Origin: an uncultured delta proteobacterium
GTDB taxonomy: Bacteria > Desulfobacterota > Desulfobacteria > Desulfobacterales > QNYZ01
DNA: 64,000 bases
Direction of reading: 5' to 3'
Assembly (NCBI GenBank): GCA_963845145.1
Contig: CAWJQU010000008.1
Location: 192,001 to 256,000, forward strand
In this document: one piece after another, positions 60,342 to 64,000 of the stretch
Layout of the letters: every line of letters starts with the position of its first letter
Numbering within the stretch: the stretch's first letter is position 1
The notes under the pieces: generated by a model
Seen by the model: only the letters and a program-made list of their open reading frames with translations
Databases searched by the model: none
What the model was told of the DNA's origin: nothing
Position numbers and translations under genes: made by a program

Positions 60342-61517
60342 TCACAATCCCGGCAGGCCCAAATAGGCAACGTCGTCACGGCCTAACAACCCCAGGCGGT
60401 ACTTCAGTGTCTCCAAAAACAACGCTGCGTGCATTTCAGGAGGGGTGAGGTCTGAGACATACCCGTTTCCCTTGGCCGCTTGGGTTACCCACTTGTGGGG
60501 ACTTTTTTTATTCATCCGCAAACGTTTTTCCAAATGTTTCAGATACTGAGTCATTTTAGCTTGCAGTTCCTGATCGGAAAATCGCTTAATTTTATTTGAG
60601 ATCTCAGCCAATTGCATGGGGGCTGGCAGACGAGGGGACTCCATGACCCGTTTTACATCACGCGCAAAGCGTTCAAACCCCGATTGGATATGCTTTGATT
60701 TCACCATATTCATACCAAGCCATCCGGCACGCAACCACTTGAATAAATAGCATTTGGTCAGGGAAGGATTTTCATTCGATCCATAATAAATGACCAGCGA
60801 AAACGTATCATAAATATGTGAATCGACCCATCCTATGCCGGCTTTAGTCAACCCTTTCTCCCCGGAAAAAAAATAATCCCACTGTTCATCCGTACCTAAA
60901 ATCAACCCCTTTTTGCCGACTTCAGACACATCCTTTTGTCGGGCTAAAGATATCACAATCTTGTGACCGTTACGGGAAAACAGGATCAGGGTGCGATCCA
61001 GTAAAGAACGATAATAGGCGCCGGTGGTCACATCCGGGGTTATCTCTTCATTCTCGATACCTCTTACGACAATCGGCTCTACCAATGTATCCAGTTTTTT
61101 CCACATCGGGGGTAAGGGTTTATAATCCCCATTTGCATCGACCCAATAGCTCATTCGGACCGACCCGGGTGATATCATTTGCAAAGGAATATCCGGATGG
61201 TAGGCGAGCTGCAGGATATCTTTAAGGTTTCTTTGAATCTCAAATTGGTGGTAGGCGGCAGCCGCCTTCATGCGTGGGGGTAACTGGACCTTTACATCTC
61301 CCGATTTTGACGAATGGACAAAATCGATCAAGTCGTCAAGACGTGAAACATCAATGTTATTCGAAGATGTTGGTTTGACAAAATCGATTAAATAGTCGAT
61401 CCCCGCAACGACCCCCTGTGGTGTGGGGTTACCGGAATCGTCTTCAAGCGCCCACGCAAGTGCCCAGAAAGGGATAGAAAGGGACAGCACGACGATTAGA
61501 ATGAATAAGCGGACCAT
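60342..61517 (-). CDS. Hypothetical exported protein
   Basis: Long ORF; signal peptide from ATG 61517 (MVRLFILIVVLSLSIPFWALA). Confidence 0.7.
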   Translation of the reverse strand: MVRLFILIVVLSLSIPFWALAWALEDDSGNPTPQGVVAGIDYLIDFVKPTSSNNIDVSRLDDLIDFVHSSKSGDVKVQLPPRMKAAAAYHQFEIQRNLKDILQLAYHPDIPLQMISPGSVRMSYWVDANGDYKPLPPMWKKLDTLVEPIVVRGIENEEITPDVTTGAYYRSLLDRTLILFSRNGHKIVISLARQKDVSEVGKKGLILGTDEQWDYFFSGEKGLTKAGIGWVDSHIYDTFSLVIYYGSNENPSLTKCYLFKWLRAGWLGMNMVKSKHIQSGFERFARDVKRVMESPRLPAPMQLAEISNKIKRFSDQELQAKMTQYLKHLEKRLRMNKKSPHKWVTQAAKGNGYVSDLTPPEMHAALFLETLKYRLGLLGRDDVAYLGLPGL

Positions 61518-61582
61518 TGTTTTACATTTTCTCTTCTGTTTTTGCGTGTAACCAAGCTGTGATAGTAGCTCATTTCCGGCTA

Positions 61583-62539
61583 TCAAGCAGCGATATCGTT
61601 GGCAATCGGTCGCCAAATATCCTGGTGGTACCAAAGTCTCGAAAATGGACGCCCTAGCGGCAACGTATTATTGAGTAACAAATCGGGGTTAATACGAATA
61701 CACTCTTCTTTATAGAGTGGGTCCCATGGTTCCACAATGACAGCGCCCTCCTTTAGAGGAATCAATCGGGGCATAATCGGCGTTCCCCAGTCTCGATTCG
61801 CGATTTCTGATTCAAGTTGATCCATCGTCTCAAAGGCCAACAGGTCATGCAGGGTAACCAGAGTCGGTGGACTTAAGGGGATGGTACCATCGAGGTTTCC
61901 AGCCAGCCCGGCCTTAGGCGTCACCCAAATACCATGGGTCGTTTCGCCATTATCCGGAGAGCATACCTGCCCCTCCGGCATCGCGGCAATAAAAAAACGG
62001 GTATCAAAGCGCCGTTTCATCTGTTGGGGGGTCACCCAATGAGACCAACAGGAAAGCTTCGAAACGGATACCGCACGATCATTCGCAACGGCGCTTTCCC
62101 TAAGCCAATGGGTCGACAATGGCCCTTCCATGCGAACGGATTCGAGATGATCTCGCATCGGGTCGAACCGTTGTGCGGCATCCATTAATAGCACACCCGC
62201 CTCTTCAAATGTTTCACGGATACCCGCCAGGCAATAGGGTAAAATTTCTTGGGCCGAAAGGGCATGACCCAATTGACGCGATATTTGGCCGGCATCTATG
62301 TCGATATACGGCCACCATGCATTGATATCCATATCACCAGGGTCAACCATTCCTCCCGGAAATACATATTTACCAGCCATGAACCCGCTTTTGATACTGC
62401 GTTGAAGCAGATAAACCTGCATCCGGTCATCTCTCTGGCGAACGAGAACCACGGTTGCAGAAGGAACAGGAATAGGTGGTAAAGTTGAAGGGGACGACTG
62501 AAAGGGTTTTTTCATAGGCACTTTAGGTACCATACTCAT
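61583..62539 (-). CDS. Nudix hydrolase, NUDT19-like (acyl-CoA/CoA diphosphatase type)
   Basis: YVFPGG, split Nudix box IRETFEEAG, HWVTP, RRFDTRFF, PPT. Confidence 0.8.
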   Translation of the reverse strand: MSMVPKVPMKKPFQSSPSTLPPIPVPSATVVLVRQRDDRMQVYLLQRSIKSGFMAGKYVFPGGMVDPGDMDINAWWPYIDIDAGQISRQLGHALSAQEILPYCLAGIRETFEEAGVLLMDAAQRFDPMRDHLESVRMEGPLSTHWLRESAVANDRAVSVSKLSCWSHWVTPQQMKRRFDTRFFIAAMPEGQVCSPDNGETTHGIWVTPKAGLAGNLDGTIPLSPPTLVTLHDLLAFETMDQLESEIANRDWGTPIMPRLIPLKEGAVIVEPWDPLYKEECIRINPDLLLNNTLPLGRPFSRLWYHQDIWRPIANDIAA

Positions 62540-62949
62540 GTAATTGCCTCAAGATGAGACGGTAGGCCTAATGTAAATTGGTACTAAAGAGTATGAAGAG
62601 ATTTTTAAAGGGCTTCTCAAAATGCCGTTATTAATCTCCGGTGCAAACCTCTTTTTCAAAATTTGGTATTATAATTTGTTTTAAGCTAGTTCCGGCAGAA
62701 AAAGATGCACGCACACCTGAGAAGCCGTTTAAAAATCAATTATTTTATATTTGAAAGAGCCTGTTTTCAATTATCTTTCCTTCATATATTTTTAATACAA
62801 TATCTATGCCAACTTCTCGTAAAAAATAATGCCATTTAATATCAGACAATTAGCTAATTTCTAAATATCCGACTTGATTATTTGTGTACAAAAAGCGTCA
62901 GACAAGTTGACAAAAATTGAATTGGGTGGACTTCAAGTTCATCCCGAAC

Positions 62950-64000
62950 TCACGTATTGGATATTACTTTTCCAATCATGGATTTAGCCTCATCCAACAC
63001 CTTCCTGATCGTTTTTGTCAGATCCGCTTTCACAATGGGTTTGTGGATAAACGCTTTGATACCGATTTCCGATGCTTTTTCAACAGACATATTTTTACTG
63101 AAACCGGTGCACAGTATAATCGGTATTTCGGGCCGGATCTTCAGCAACTCGATGGCCAATATTTCTCCGGTCATTTTCGGCATGGCCATATCCGTAATCA
63201 CCAAATCAAATTCATCGGGCCGGGATCGAAATGTCTCCAGAGCGTCAATACTACTTGTCTCTGAAATTACATAATACCCGAGGTTTGATAGCATCCGACG
63301 GTTCACTTTGACAATTTGCTCCTCATCATCAACAAGTAGGATCCGTTCACTTCCCGCAGGTATGTCTCGCGCCACATATGGATTCGATTTTCTTCGCTTT
63401 TTAGTGATTGGCAGATAAATTGTAAAAGTGGTTCCCTCACCCAGGGTGCTTTCTACAGTGACTCTGCCCCCATAGCTTTCAACGATACTGTGAACAAGCG
63501 CGAGTCCCATACCGGTTCCTTCGCCCACACCTTTTGTTGTATAATACGGTTCAAATATCGCGCCGATAGCTTCAGGTGGAATGCCCACACCCGTATCCGA
63601 TATGGCTATTTCAACATAATCCCCGGTCGTTAAATCCAGCTTATTCAGATGTCCTTGTCTATCGATAACCACTTCCTTCAAATTTACCGAAAGGAGACCG
63701 CCTTTTGCTTCCATCGCATGCGCGGCATTAGTGCATAGATTCATCAGAATCTGATGAACCTGGGTGCCGTTACCCAAAATGAAGGAATCGCTCCTGATCT
63801 GTTTTTTGATCTCTACTGAGGCCGGAATGGAAGATCGAATAAACGCGAGCACCTCTTTGATGATGATATCAATTTGTATGGGCTTGACTTCTTCTTCAGA
63901 TTGTCTTGCAAATGTCAGAATCTGTTTAACCAAGTCTTTAGCCCGTTCACCGGCGGCATACACATCTTGCAGATAATCTTCTACGTTAGACCCCTCTTCA
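62950..64000 (-). CDS. Hybrid histidine kinase/receiver protein (5' part outside the window)
   Basis: QILMNLCTNAAHAM, DTGVG, GTGMGL, ILLVDDE, TDMAMPKMTG, KP. Confidence 0.92.
   Translation of the reverse strand, partial: EEGSNVEDYLQDVYAAGERAKDLVKQILTFARQSEEEVKPIQIDIIIKEVLAFIRSSIPASVEIKKQIRSDSFILGNGTQVHQILMNLCTNAAHAMEAKGGLLSVNLKEVVIDRQGHLNKLDLTTGDYVEIAISDTGVGIPPEAIGAIFEPYYTTKGVGEGTGMGLALVHSIVESYGGRVTVESTLGEGTTFTIYLPITKKRRKSNPYVARDIPAGSERILLVDDEEQIVKVNRRMLSNLGYYVISETSSIDALETFRSRPDEFDLVITDMAMPKMTGEILAIELLKIRPEIPIILCTGFSKNMSVEKASEIGIKAFIHKPIVKADLTKTIRKVLDEAKSMIGKVISNT

Overview
Bacterial chromosomal window, most likely from a strictly anaerobic, aromatic-degrading deltaproteobacterium (Desulfobacterales-like; inferred from gene content). 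It holds TWO complete minus-strand operons for the tungsten-dependent class II benzoyl-CoA reductase complex (bamBCDEFGHI). Copy 1 (12279-23198) is canonical and sits next to had/oah, GNAT acetyltransferases, fdhD and an etfBA + membrane Fe-S/heme oxidoreductase module. Copy 2 (46028-56908) is TetR-led and has a remodelled BamB substrate loop. Three in-frame TGA codons with SECIS-like hairpins indicate selenoproteins (bamE-1, bamF-1, bamF-2); bamE-2 has Cys instead. The two bamD genes are about 98% identical although their neighbours are strongly diverged. Between the operons lies a decayed accessory island (DUF4143 and RHS remnants, vapBC, Ig-like/lipoprotein/phospholipase-C-like genes). It contains an IS110 element whose ends, circle-junction promoter and two-loop bridge RNA can be read from the sequence, and whose target guide matches a Shine-Dalgarno site. 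Also present: MATE, EamA, CCC and peptide-ABC transporters, rsgA, kinases, a Nudix hydrolase and small palindromic elements. Several single-base frameshifts, mostly duplicated bases, may be sequencing errors. No rRNA, tRNA or CRISPR array was seen. All alignments and counts were done by eye.
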